Source: a virus. From it: DNA of 64,000 nt. The notes under the pieces are model-generated. The model made no database searches. It saw only the letters and a program-made list of their open reading frames with translations, and had not been told where the DNA came from. Numbering within the stretch: the first letter of the stretch is position 1; every line of letters begins with the position of its first letter. Of this stretch, positions 20,175 through 30,708 are shown piece after piece. A program made the position numbers and the translations under genes. The stretch spans positions 32,001-96,000 of the IMG/VR virus record IMGVR_UViG_3300024513_000016; one strand, given 5' to 3'.

Positions 20175-23100
20175 TTAGTCTGATAGTGCAAGAATAAAAG
20201 GGGTTAAAGTTGTAAACAAACTCTTGGAGTAAATTCTACCAGAAATTGTTCCTGATGCTTGATTTATAACAACTCCATCACCAATTCGGAAATTTCCTGC
20301 TTGGTCGGTACTGGTATAAACTACAATTCCTCCATTTTCTTGAACAACTTCATTATCTTGAATAGCAACACCACCGAGAGCAGGTTTGGCACGATTAATA
20401 TCATTTCCAGAACCAACCCATTCAAATGAATGAGATGATGTAATTTGTAAACTTACTCGTGTAAAGTATACTGTAGTTCCTGCACTAACTGTATTATTTA
20501 GGTTCTGTAATAAAGTGATTGTAGAAATTCCGGCACTTGGTAAAGTAGCAGAATCAACTTTATAAAATATTGGTTGCATTCTAGACACTGATGCTTGTGC
20601 TTGAACTCCAACTCCAGTTGGAGGAGCAATCGTGACAGTGGGGGGATTTAAATATTGAGTTCCCGAGTTTATAATATTGATAGAAACCACTCTTCCATTT
20701 TCAATTGTAGATGTAGCTTGAGCAGTAATTCCATTTTCACCCTCAGGTGCAGAGAAAAACACTCTAGGTGCAGATTCATATCCGAATCCACCATCAGTAA
20801 CTTCTACGGTATCGACAAAATTATATAAATCTCCAAAATAACAAACCTGTCCATCATAAGGTCTATATGATCCTAATCCTCCAACCTGTACATCATTATT
20901 TTTTGCTGGAGAATCTGTGGTAACTGTTCCAGTATAACGATAAATTGATTTAGTATTTTCATCTCCATCTCCATCGGCATAAAGTCCTAGTCTACCAAAT
21001 GATGAGTTAGAGTTTGTAATATCACATTGACCTCCAGATCCAGTAAATACTGAAATATCATTACAAATAGTAAAGATAGAAACTAACTGTGCATATGCAC
21101 CATTTGTAATAGAAACTCCAATTCCACCTTGATTATACTGAGTGTATGAGTCAACACTCATTGTACCAGTAACACCTATATCATTTAAATCACCAGGTTC
21201 AGCATCAAATCCTTCCACTTTCATGCCTATACTGTTACCAATAAAATTGGTACAGTTTCTTACATATGGTCCCTGTGTAATAGGTCCTACACCTTTAGAA
21301 TATGGAGGTAAAACTAATCCTCCAGAAGAATAAGTATGCGGAATAGTAGAAGTTCCAACTACGATTGTAAATGATCCTGGAGATGGTACATCTATTACTC
21401 TGAACTGATACCCCTCACTTCCTGTTGGATATATTGTAGTGGTCCCTGCACCACTCATACATGTAAATTCTAAATCACGAATTCCAACTAAATCACCTAC
21501 ATTAATGATTGCGTTTGGTGAAGAAATTGTAGTAATTCCTGTAGTATGATCATAATCTGCATCTATTACAGGAATAGAACGATCCACTACAAATCCACCT
21601 GAAACATAAGTATGAGGTAGCGTAGATACTCCAACGTAAATATCAAAAGAACCATCTTCATTAACTTGCTCAACTAAAAATTGATTTCCATATTTTCCAG
21701 ATGGGAACTTTTGAGTAGATGTAGTTATACCAGAAGAACACTCAAATACTAAGTCATATATTTCTACGGTGTCATTTTCTTTTACTGAAAAATTAGGAAT
21801 TGTAAGTGTGGTTCTTCCACTTACTTCATCATAAACTGCATTGGTAACTTCTTTTACTGTTGTAAATCCAATTCCTGCATTTCCTGGATATGTAACATTA
21901 AATACATTGCCCAAAACAGTTGGACCTTGATCAATAATTGTAGTTACAACACCAACACATGAATAGATTGCAGATACTACATTTGCACAAGAATTTATAT
22001 CAATATTTGATCCTGTAGCACTGTCTGCTTGCATTCCAAGATCTCTAATTTGAGTAAATTCGGATTGATAATTACCATCCCAGGAGACATTATTAATACA
22101 AGATTTTGCAATTCCTGCAGCATAACGAATAGTATCTATAGTTTCAGTCTTAACACCAACAATATGTTGAAGAGTTTCATCACTATAATATGAAAGTCCT
22201 GCTCCTACACACTTAGAATTACCACCCCTAGTAATATCAAAGCAAATTGCTTTAAAAATATCCTTAATGTCATCTTTACATGAAGTATAGTCATTACTAG
22301 ACAAAGTAAATGCTGGATATTGGTAATCTGTACTGGTTAAATATCCAACTGCTTCAGATGCAATAAAATCAAGATTCATACGAATCAGTCTTGCAGCATC
22401 AAAAAATCTATCTTCAGATACACCTAAAAGTGGTTGAAATGCTACAACTGCTGCACCTGAAGTAACATTAGGTCCAACAAAACTCATATCAGTTATATGG
22501 CATCCATTATTTACATGGAATAGATCTCTATCCAAATATTTTGGAGTGACTATACAGTTTCTCAGTTCAGTTCCTTCTACTGATACTGTTCTAGAAAGAA
22601 CAATTGGATTTTCTTCAACATAAGCTCCAGGGAATACTTTTATAGTATCTCCAGACAATGCAACTGCGGATGCTGATTTAATTGTTCTTTTTGGATGATT
22701 TTCTGACAATCCTGTATTATTATCATCACCATTTTGGGAAACATAAATTGTTTTACCAACTGGTCTATATGAAGATATTTCAACTACACCCTTTCCAGCA
22801 GTTTGACTGCTGTTAATATCAATACCAATTCCTGCAACAAGTTGTGTTACTATCCCAACCAGTCCTACACCATCACCAAGATATTCATTAGCAATAACAG
22901 TATTAAGAGTAGATACTCCAGATACAGATAATTGCGTTACCGAAGCAATTCCACCAACAACGTCAGTAGATACACCAGATGCTAAAGTGTATGCAGAAAC
23001 TTCTGTTTGGAAAGACGTTCCTGTGATATTAATATCATATGTTCCAGACAGTCTTTCTTTAGGAATAACACCATCAAGAATATTTGCACCATCTGTTAAA

Positions 23101-23459
23101 AAATTTGCAGTATTTGCAGATCCAGTAACATTAATATCATAAGTTCCCTGAAGAACTGATGTGGAAACTATTCCACTCTTAATATTGCCTGCGTCTTCAA
23201 GAAAGTCTGCACTATCTACTGAAACTGGATAATAACCAGATAATCTTTCAGAACTAATTGTTCCTGAAATAATATTTGAACCATTCAGTAAAGCATTAGC
23301 AAAGTCTGCAGTTCCTGAAAAAATACCAACAAATTTGTTTGCAGTAATAGTAGATGCACCTACTATACTATTCCCATCAAGATTTAGATTATCCCCGTAG
23401 GACAGTTCCTCAATCTTACCTGTATCGGGATTAACTATAAGTGGATATCTATCGGCCAT
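20175..23459 (-). CDS. Virion structural / baseplate-associated protein
   Basis: 1094 aa; YVSQNGDDNNTG...KRTIKSA beta-helix-like start, GPYVRNCTNF, TSTDQAGNFRIGDG motifs. Confidence 0.75.
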   Translation of the reverse strand: MADRYPLIVNPDTGKIEELSYGDNLNLDGNSIVGASTITANKFVGIFSGTADFANALLNGSNIISGTISSERLSGYYPVSVDSADFLEDAGNIKSGIVSTSVLQGTYDINVTGSANTANFLTDGANILDGVIPKERLSGTYDINITGTSFQTEVSAYTLASGVSTDVVGGIASVTQLSVSGVSTLNTVIANEYLGDGVGLVGIVTQLVAGIGIDINSSQTAGKGVVEISSYRPVGKTIYVSQNGDDNNTGLSENHPKRTIKSASAVALSGDTIKVFPGAYVEENPIVLSRTVSVEGTELRNCIVTPKYLDRDLFHVNNGCHITDMSFVGPNVTSGAAVVAFQPLLGVSEDRFFDAARLIRMNLDFIASEAVGYLTSTDYQYPAFTLSSNDYTSCKDDIKDIFKAICFDITRGGNSKCVGAGLSYYSDETLQHIVGVKTETIDTIRYAAGIAKSCINNVSWDGNYQSEFTQIRDLGMQADSATGSNIDINSCANVVSAIYSCVGVVTTIIDQGPTVLGNVFNVTYPGNAGIGFTTVKEVTNAVYDEVSGRTTLTIPNFSVKENDTVEIYDLVFECSSGITTSTQKFPSGKYGNQFLVEQVNEDGSFDIYVGVSTLPHTYVSGGFVVDRSIPVIDADYDHTTGITTISSPNAIINVGDLVGIRDLEFTCMSGAGTTTIYPTGSEGYQFRVIDVPSPGSFTIVVGTSTIPHTYSSGGLVLPPYSKGVGPITQGPYVRNCTNFIGNSIGMKVEGFDAEPGDLNDIGVTGTMSVDSYTQYNQGGIGVSITNGAYAQLVSIFTICNDISVFTGSGGQCDITNSNSSFGRLGLYADGDGDENTKSIYRYTGTVTTDSPAKNNDVQVGGLGSYRPYDGQVCYFGDLYNFVDTVEVTDGGFGYESAPRVFFSAPEGENGITAQATSTIENGRVVSINIINSGTQYLNPPTVTIAPPTGVGVQAQASVSRMQPIFYKVDSATLPSAGISTITLLQNLNNTVSAGTTVYFTRVSLQITSSHSFEWVGSGNDINRAKPALGGVAIQDNEVVQENGGIVVYTSTDQAGNFRIGDGVVINQASGTISGRIYSKSLFTTLTPFILALSD

Positions 23460-23502
23460 TAACTTATGTTTAGATGCTTTTAGTTCTTATAATATATAGG
23501 TT

Positions 23503-25185
23503 CTACTCATAAGGCCTAAAATCAAAATTAGATATATCTGAAATAACTGCTTCCAATTCTGTTATTTCTTCATCTAATTTAGATGCAGATTGAAGAATAG
23601 ACCATGCATATCTTTGAAGTTTTTCCCTTTGCTTTCTTAACGTATTAGATATAGATGCAGTTTGTTTAATTGCAGGAACATTTTTATTTCTAGTTTGAGT
23701 ATAAGAATTTAAAGAATTATTAATTGTATTATCAAAAGAAGAACAGTTTGGAGGAAAAACTCCGAGAGGTGGAGGTCCTGCAGCATATCCAATTACATCA
23801 GTTGCTGTAGCTGCTACTGTAACTCTAGTTCCTTCGGGTGCATACTTTATAGTATAAATTGGAGGATCACCACCATTAGAAGTTTTTATTGTTGGCCACT
23901 GAGTTGTTCCAATATTATAACCACCTCTTCCTGCTCCTACCTCAGGCTCTGCATTCCTAATACATTCTCTCGTATCTTTATTCCATGTTGTATTTGATCT
24001 TAAAGTCCCATCACTTTTATATAAACAATCATTTTTATTTTTTTTAGTGCTGTCAACATAAGTTTTTCCGGGTTTATACTTATCAAACTCATTTTCTATT
24101 CCAGATTCGTCAAAATAAACACTACCCCCAGTACCTACAGTTGAAGATCCAATTATACCTATTTTAATAGGAGAATTTGGACTTTTAGTATAATCAAATC
24201 CTTTATAAATTTGAGAATCAACCCTTAGTGCAATAAGATCTGTAGTCAATCCGGACCTTGATGCTTCAGTTGATAAAAATACTGCAGAATAATTAGTAAG
24301 TATTCCAACAAAAAATTCACCCTCTTCAATATAATCAGTTGCATTTGCACTCAATATTAAAGTATTGACTGTCAATAAAGATGTTTCTAAAACACCATCT
24401 TCACCATAATATTCAATAGGTTGACTGGCACTACCAAAACCAGTAATAGTTGTTAGATATGGAATGACTGGAGGATTAGTACCTACACCCAAATGAACAA
24501 GAGTCATGCCAGTTTTGATACCAACAAAACTACCTGCACCAAAGTTATTAAAAACATTAGAACCAGTAGAAATACCCCCTATTAGAGATGTTATTACACC
24601 AACTGAAATAGTTTCACCAAATCCAACTATCTCAGGTAAATTTCCAGGAGAATATATTGAAGGGTTATCAATATCGTCTGAAATTGTATCATTTATTTTT
24701 AATTCAGGTGGTCTAGATGTCGGATTTCCATCTTCATCCGTAATTGCAATAATTGTAGATCCAGAAGAAACATTAGCATAAAACTCTGCAACTAAAGTTG
24801 ATCCATAATCACGATCTAAAGGTTTTTTATAATATTTCAAACCAACTTTTGGTTTATAATCATAAGTGTCTGGATTTTTTTGTACTTCCCAAACTTTATA
24901 TTGTCCTATATTAAAAGGTGTAGGAGATTCTATTTCTACCCATTTTAAATCTGTTCTACATCCTGAAGCAATTCTTGCATCATATGCTGCTTTTACAGCA
25001 TCTACAGAAGCATTTACTTCACCGGATAAAGGTAAAGTACTTTCATCTATTGGATCAATTAGTCCATCATACTTATCAAGTTTAATATCTATTAATGATA
25101 ACTGATCCAATAAATTATTTAATTGATTTTTTTTTCTTATTATCTCTAACTTATATTCTTCAATAATGTCACTAGAATTACTCAT
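23503..25185 (-). CDS. Hypothetical structural protein
   Basis: 560 aa with terminal coiled coils, located in the baseplate operon. Confidence 0.6.
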   Translation of the reverse strand: MSNSSDIIEEYKLEIIRKKNQLNNLLDQLSLIDIKLDKYDGLIDPIDESTLPLSGEVNASVDAVKAAYDARIASGCRTDLKWVEIESPTPFNIGQYKVWEVQKNPDTYDYKPKVGLKYYKKPLDRDYGSTLVAEFYANVSSGSTIIAITDEDGNPTSRPPELKINDTISDDIDNPSIYSPGNLPEIVGFGETISVGVITSLIGGISTGSNVFNNFGAGSFVGIKTGMTLVHLGVGTNPPVIPYLTTITGFGSASQPIEYYGEDGVLETSLLTVNTLILSANATDYIEEGEFFVGILTNYSAVFLSTEASRSGLTTDLIALRVDSQIYKGFDYTKSPNSPIKIGIIGSSTVGTGGSVYFDESGIENEFDKYKPGKTYVDSTKKNKNDCLYKSDGTLRSNTTWNKDTRECIRNAEPEVGAGRGGYNIGTTQWPTIKTSNGGDPPIYTIKYAPEGTRVTVAATATDVIGYAAGPPPLGVFPPNCSSFDNTINNSLNSYTQTRNKNVPAIKQTASISNTLRKQREKLQRYAWSILQSASKLDEEITELEAVISDISNFDFRPYE

Positions 25186-25207
25186 ATACTTTTCCTCATC
25201 AATTTAA

Positions 25208-26095
25208 TTAAGAATTAATTCCTGGTCTATAATCATAATGATATCCAACTATAGATCTTTGATCTTTTCCCGGATAATCTTCTATTTTACCTTCATATTC
25301 TACAACAATTTTATCTACATCTTTTCTTTCACCATAAACAATATAACTACAGTGAACTGCACTCCCTGCATTATTTAGAACTTTAATTTTAGACCCCCAA
25401 TCTGATATTTCATAATAAAGTTCTTGATATGTTCCAATAGGAGTCAGGTAAACTGTAATTGTTTCCGAATCTACTAAACCTTTCCAATATTCTGGTAATT
25501 CTATAATATTAGAATCTTTTAAAATTCCTCTATGATAGACTGCCGCTTCAGGACCTTCTAAACAAATATGAGTCAATCTCCACCCTTTTTTAGTAGGGTG
25601 ATGCATATCAAATCCTTTTGGAGGTGATGCTGCTGCAGTAGCTAATTGAGCATCAAGCCATTCACAACTAATAACTCCATCAACTCTCAATGCTCCATTT
25701 ACAACTTCTGTAAGATTTGCTATACAAACATCATTACCAATTGCTAAGGCATTGCTGAGACTCGTTCCTTGTTTAATGTCTGCAGATTGTTTAATTTCTA
25801 TTCCTTCACAAACAACTGCACCTGCAAATAAACTAGAACCTTCTACATTAAAAGATCCAATAATATTTGTTATACCATCGACAACAAGAGATGCAGGAAA
25901 AGAAGCAGATACTGGTGGTCCAATTGTGCAAGTAGCTCTTGCTGCAGGAGCAGCAAGAGCAGCACCCATCAAAACAGGTCCATTCAATACTGCAGTTCCG
26001 GGTAAAACTTTACTAGTAGCACTAATAAATGAAGTATCAAGTTGTCCTACAATAAGTTTATCACCTACTTGTGATATAGAAGTGGTATGTGACAT
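25208..26095 (-). CDS. Baseplate/spike-associated protein
   Basis: C-terminal KGFDMHHPTKKGWRLTHICLEGPE...IELPEYW domain seen in phage fibre/spike proteins; downstream of the gp5 genes. Confidence 0.6.
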   Translation of the reverse strand: MSHTTSISQVGDKLIVGQLDTSFISATSKVLPGTAVLNGPVLMGAALAAPAARATCTIGPPVSASFPASLVVDGITNIIGSFNVEGSSLFAGAVVCEGIEIKQSADIKQGTSLSNALAIGNDVCIANLTEVVNGALRVDGVISCEWLDAQLATAAASPPKGFDMHHPTKKGWRLTHICLEGPEAAVYHRGILKDSNIIELPEYWKGLVDSETITVYLTPIGTYQELYYEISDWGSKIKVLNNAGSAVHCSYIVYGERKDVDKIVVEYEGKIEDYPGKDQRSIVGYHYDYRPGINS

Positions 26096-26096
26096 A

Positions 26097-26648
26097 TCAA
26101 ATCATTTTCAAGAATTTTTTAAGATTACTTAAAGCACTTAGTATCGATCCAACAAATGATCCTTGTGTTACATCTGAGAATGACGCACTAGATACTTGAA
26201 CATTTGCTGCCATATCTACAGTTTGCCCATACATACCAATTTCATTTGTAGCCGTAATATCGACATTTGTTCCTTTCGTTCTAACAATAGGAGCATTAAA
26301 TTCTATGATTTTACCGGACCCCAGAGTAATCTCACCACTACCATCTGTAGCAACAATTCTTATATTTCTTGCACGAATTATAATATCTCCAGCAGGGGCA
26401 TCTAAATAAATATCACCATTTTTTGCGTATATGACTTTCGCAGGTTCATCATCTACACATTTTGATCCAACAACTTCTATGGAAGTTTTAGGATTTGCCT
26501 CCACCCTATTTCCGTCTTCTCTAAGTTGAATCGAACTTCCACTATCAGTAGTTACTGCCCATTCATATGTTGCTTCTTTGTTAGTAACATTATCATAAAT
26601 CTTATGTGCAATATTTGTATCTATATTTTGCCTTTCGCTTTTACTCAT
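26097..26648 (-). CDS. gp5 C-terminal-like spike protein
   Basis: Beta-strand repeats (AKNGDIYLDAPAGDIIIRARNIRI) immediately after gp5. Confidence 0.55.
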   Translation of the reverse strand: MSKSERQNIDTNIAHKIYDNVTNKEATYEWAVTTDSGSSIQLREDGNRVEANPKTSIEVVGSKCVDDEPAKVIYAKNGDIYLDAPAGDIIIRARNIRIVATDGSGEITLGSGKIIEFNAPIVRTKGTNVDITATNEIGMYGQTVDMAANVQVSSASFSDVTQGSFVGSILSALSNLKKFLKMI

Positions 26649-29155
26649 ACGCAGTCAACAACCGTAAGTATTCCAACTTGATTAATAATAACTCTTGGGA
26701 GAATTGATAGTTGAGGCAGATATTCCAGAACTGGATATAAATCTGCACCTTCACCATTTTGACTATTTATAATCGCATTAGGAAGTGCATCAAAAATATT
26801 AGCACAAGTAATAGATTGAATTCCAACAATAGATCCATTAGGAGTAACAATAGGGGTAAATGTACAAAGACCTACTTGAATGACATCCCCTGTCGAATAT
26901 CCAATTCCAGGATTTTCTACGACAATTGATGTTATAATTCCAACAATATCAGTTCCAACTCCAGGTCCAGGTGGTATGACATTATCAAATATTTCTTTTG
27001 GAAATGTTCCAACTCCAGTTGAAACTGGAGTTCCAGGTGGAGTTTGAATAGGATCGTCCGGAATTGGAGTAAGTATTGGAGATAGTCTATTTGATATGTT
27101 TACTATGGTCCTTGCTACAATAACACCAGAGGTATCTTGTAAATCAAAGAACATCTGTTCTACAGATTCTTGTATACTATCTTGACGTATTTTAACTTTA
27201 ACTTGTGCAGTATTTGATTTTATTGTCACACTTCCATTCATACTTCCTTCTATATCATTAGAAGTAATATCTCCACCCAACATATAAGATAAAGATGTAT
27301 TATCTTTAACATTTTGAGTAAAAATAGTATAAGTTACAGTTTCACCTTCAAAAAAAGTATATCTATCTGCAGTAACCAAATATGAAGGAATATCAAACTC
27401 TGAACTTAAATCTGGTGGACAATATCCTGTTCCAGATCGAGTTAGATATATTTGCGTAATTCTTCCTCTAGAAATAGATGCAGATGCTTTTGCACCAGAA
27501 CCGTGATTTGTTTTATCTACTATTGAAATTCTAGGTGGTTTACTGTATCCAAATCCAGAATTAATAATTTTTACAGAAATTATGCTTCCATCTTTTGAAA
27601 CAATTGGAACTGCCTTTGCCCCAGATCCATCTCCAAATATTTCTATCTTAGGTGGAACACAATATGGATATACTTTTCCTGTATCAGTCAAATCATCTTG
27701 ACCCTTTGGAGTTTTTACTTTTTTGGTACAATCTCTAAATACAGAACCTTCATATCCATATAATGATAAAGAACCTAATGCATTATCAATATTATCATTT
27801 ACACCTTTGAGGACATTCATATTCCCCAAAACATTATTCCAATTATCAATCCCTGCTCGTTTAGGTCCAAACTTTAATGACCATTCAGATGGGGTTTTAC
27901 ATTTTAAACTATCACAACCAATAAAATTAAGAATTTGATTTGCAATTGAAGATACTTGAGATAAAATTCCTTTAATTTGAGATAATCCACCAAGTAACCA
28001 ATCAAGTCCAGACATTACTGGTTCTAAAAGTTCTTCAATTTTATCCATTAATTTAGAAAGAATTGCTGAAGTAAATTGTTCAGCAGCACAAAGTGGTGCA
28101 TTGATAGCTCTACCTACCAATCCCTTAAGCATATCTAAAAGAAAATCTAAAAGCAAATCTATAAGTTTCTCAAAGATACAAAATATAATATTCATTATAT
28201 TTTTAGTTGCTTCTGCAACTGGAGTATGTTGAGGTAAGGGTAAAACTAATGCAATAAATTTTCCAAACAAATCACCTACCAATTTCATTATGGTAGATCT
28301 AAAATTATTAATAATAAATTTAATTACTCCTGTAATTATTCTTGCAGTTCTTTTAATTTCATTAGTAATATCAATTATTGTATTTAAAACTGGATCTACA
28401 TAAGCATCAATATATCCTTCCAATCCATTAACTATTGTAATAAAATCTTGAATTGCCCTTGTAATCTTTCCAATTATATTATTATCACAACCATTTTCTT
28501 TTGTAATGGTAATACTACCTACTTCTTTTTGAATTATATCAAGTTGTTTATCAACATAAAATATTTTATCCTTACCAGAGTTCCTATCCGAACCTAGATC
28601 TACAGAAATTGGATTTTCAATTTTACCACCAATAATAGTGGGAGGAGATTCTTCTTCTTTAGCATCTCCCTGTTTAGGGTCAACAGTTGGTTGTATTTTT
28701 GTCTGGCCTTGTGCAACTGTTGATCCTAATGTGGTATCATTTCCTTCAAATGGTTGAAATGCTATATCAGATTCAGGAAATGATTTTACATTTTTATCTC
28801 TATGAATTACTCCAATTACTACTGGTTGTTGGGAATCATCACCATCTAGGAAAAATCCAAAAACAGTTTCTCCTCCAACTAATTTATGACTTTTACCTAA
28901 TCCACCTTGAGCACTACCATCAGTAGCACCAAGCATTATTTGTGCCCAAGGTAGATCTTTATCTGGAAGTTCTTTTTTATTATAGGTATGATATCCAATT
29001 ATTCTAACCTTACATCGATATGCCCAAGATCCACCAGTAACTATATCAACCTTTTCTGGTATATCCCATACCTTTGCAGGAGCAACCTGACCTATCCACC
29101 AAATAAAACCATCTTTTCCAAGATAGTTACTTTTTAATAAAGCATCATCAATCAT
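26645..29155 (-). CDS. g5: Baseplate hub subunit gp5-like (N-terminal OB fold)
   Basis: GKDGFIWWIGQV...RCKVRIIGYH...DLPWA...GETVFGFFLDGDDSQQPVVIG. Confidence 0.85.
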   Translation of the reverse strand: MIDDALLKSNYLGKDGFIWWIGQVAPAKVWDIPEKVDIVTGGSWAYRCKVRIIGYHTYNKKELPDKDLPWAQIMLGATDGSAQGGLGKSHKLVGGETVFGFFLDGDDSQQPVVIGVIHRDKNVKSFPESDIAFQPFEGNDTTLGSTVAQGQTKIQPTVDPKQGDAKEEESPPTIIGGKIENPISVDLGSDRNSGKDKIFYVDKQLDIIQKEVGSITITKENGCDNNIIGKITRAIQDFITIVNGLEGYIDAYVDPVLNTIIDITNEIKRTARIITGVIKFIINNFRSTIMKLVGDLFGKFIALVLPLPQHTPVAEATKNIMNIIFCIFEKLIDLLLDFLLDMLKGLVGRAINAPLCAAEQFTSAILSKLMDKIEELLEPVMSGLDWLLGGLSQIKGILSQVSSIANQILNFIGCDSLKCKTPSEWSLKFGPKRAGIDNWNNVLGNMNVLKGVNDNIDNALGSLSLYGYEGSVFRDCTKKVKTPKGQDDLTDTGKVYPYCVPPKIEIFGDGSGAKAVPIVSKDGSIISVKIINSGFGYSKPPRISIVDKTNHGSGAKASASISRGRITQIYLTRSGTGYCPPDLSSEFDIPSYLVTADRYTFFEGETVTYTIFTQNVKDNTSLSYMLGGDITSNDIEGSMNGSVTIKSNTAQVKVKIRQDSIQESVEQMFFDLQDTSGVIVARTIVNISNRLSPILTPIPDDPIQTPPGTPVSTGVGTFPKEIFDNVIPPGPGVGTDIVGIITSIVVENPGIGYSTGDVIQVGLCTFTPIVTPNGSIVGIQSITCANIFDALPNAIINSQNGEGADLYPVLEYLPQLSILPRVIINQVGILTVVDCV

Positions 29156-29360
29156 CGTAAATTCTACATTCTAATGAATTTGGATTTTCGTCGCAGTATA
29201 ATTCCAGTGGAGTTGGATCATGATCATCTTCTGGATGACGTTCACGATATCTTTCCAATGATTCCAATTCTTCTTCAGTATGACGACGTGACTGAGAAGA
29301 AATCATAGGATCATCAAGTATTTTTTTGTCGTTTTCAATGTGTTGATGGATGTTTTCCAT
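29148..29360 (-). CDS. cp12: CP12 Calvin-cycle inhibitor (phage type)
   Basis: 70 aa from MENIHQ; C-terminal DPTPLELYCDENPNSLECRIYDD CP12 motif. Confidence 0.92.
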   Translation of the reverse strand: MENIHQHIENDKKILDDPMISSQSRRHTEEELESLERYRERHPEDDHDPTPLELYCDENPNSLECRIYDD

Positions 29361-29361
29361 T

Positions 29362-30708
29362 TTAGTACTGTACGTTAGTTGAACTATAGAGACCATAACT
29401 GTCTCTTATTAATCTTAAACTAGTAATCATCTGTCCAGGTTCCATATGATGTCTCAATTCTTTAATTAAATAATTTCCACTTTGTTGAGGATCTGCCTCT
29501 TTTTTATCACTTCTATCAATCTTAGGAAATTCTGCATAAATGATATCACCAGCTTTCAAAGTCACATTACAAGGAACTACCATATTTAGTGCTTGAGTAA
29601 ACAAAAGATTGTAACGAGAAAATGATTTTGCCATATCTGCTTCATCCCTCATATTTGTTTTATCATCAATCTTCGAATCCCCTTCTATAGTATTATCCAT
29701 AACTCCAATATCAGAGGTTCTTACCATTATTCTCGATACAGATTCTCCAAATTCTTCAGATACTGCTATTGATGCATCTCCACTGAGAACATTGGCATTT
29801 CTTATTTCATCCTTTAACGTATATTTGTAAATATTTAATTTATTTTTATAAAGATCATAAAAATATGTTTTACTAGAATACATACCTACTCTTAAATTTG
29901 TTAAAAGATTATTATTTTTTTCAAAACTATAATTTAATATTTTGTAATTATTTACTGGTTTGTTATGCTCAGTAACTTGAGTATAATAATATTTTTGAAT
30001 ATTTTCAGAATTAGAACTACCAGATTGAACTCTGGTATTTTTTACAAGACTGTCAATACTTCTAAAATTAAATCCATCTTTATTCTCATAAAATAAAAAT
30101 CCTGCTATACCTTTACCTTCACTTGCAACTCCACTACCAGATACTCCTGTCGTTTTAGATGTAGTTGGTATAGATTTAGGACCTAACCAAGTTAAGATAT
30201 GAAATGGTTTTTTCTGATTTCCAATAAAAGCATAACTATTCAAAGTTTTTTCTATATTCTCTGCTTTATATTTTTTAGTTTTTAAAATATCTTTTAAAAT
30301 TGAAGTGACCGATTGGTCAATTGTTCCTCCATATCTTTTTACACATCTTACTGTCTCATTGGTAAGTGCTTCCCGAGAAACTAGATTCAGAGTAAACATT
30401 TCACTGGTACTATCTGGACTTATTCCACTAACTTTATACACATACAGTGAATTTTCCCCATCAAATTCAAATTTTCCAAATCCAGTATCAACACTTAAAA
30501 ATACCTTTTCACCACCACGTATTGGAAGTAAATTTACAAGTGATGTACTATTCATCACTTGAATTGTCATAGTAATAGATGGTGATAAAATATCTTCAAA
30601 ATAATCTAAAAACATGATGGAAGATGATCCTGCAAGATCAACAGATTTAGATCCATCTAAAGATTGAATAACAAACCCATTCGGTTTTAGTGCGTTTACT
30701 GCTGACAT
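29362..30708 (-). CDS. Baseplate hub/tail protein (gp27-like)
   Basis: YFEDILSPSIT, LPIRGGEKV, GFLFYENKDGFNFRSIDSL, SGNYLIKELRH motifs; position upstream of g5. Confidence 0.7.
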   Translation of the reverse strand: MSAVNALKPNGFVIQSLDGSKSVDLAGSSSIMFLDYFEDILSPSITMTIQVMNSTSLVNLLPIRGGEKVFLSVDTGFGKFEFDGENSLYVYKVSGISPDSTSEMFTLNLVSREALTNETVRCVKRYGGTIDQSVTSILKDILKTKKYKAENIEKTLNSYAFIGNQKKPFHILTWLGPKSIPTTSKTTGVSGSGVASEGKGIAGFLFYENKDGFNFRSIDSLVKNTRVQSGSSNSENIQKYYYTQVTEHNKPVNNYKILNYSFEKNNNLLTNLRVGMYSSKTYFYDLYKNKLNIYKYTLKDEIRNANVLSGDASIAVSEEFGESVSRIMVRTSDIGVMDNTIEGDSKIDDKTNMRDEADMAKSFSRYNLLFTQALNMVVPCNVTLKAGDIIYAEFPKIDRSDKKEADPQQSGNYLIKELRHHMEPGQMITSLRLIRDSYGLYSSTNVQY

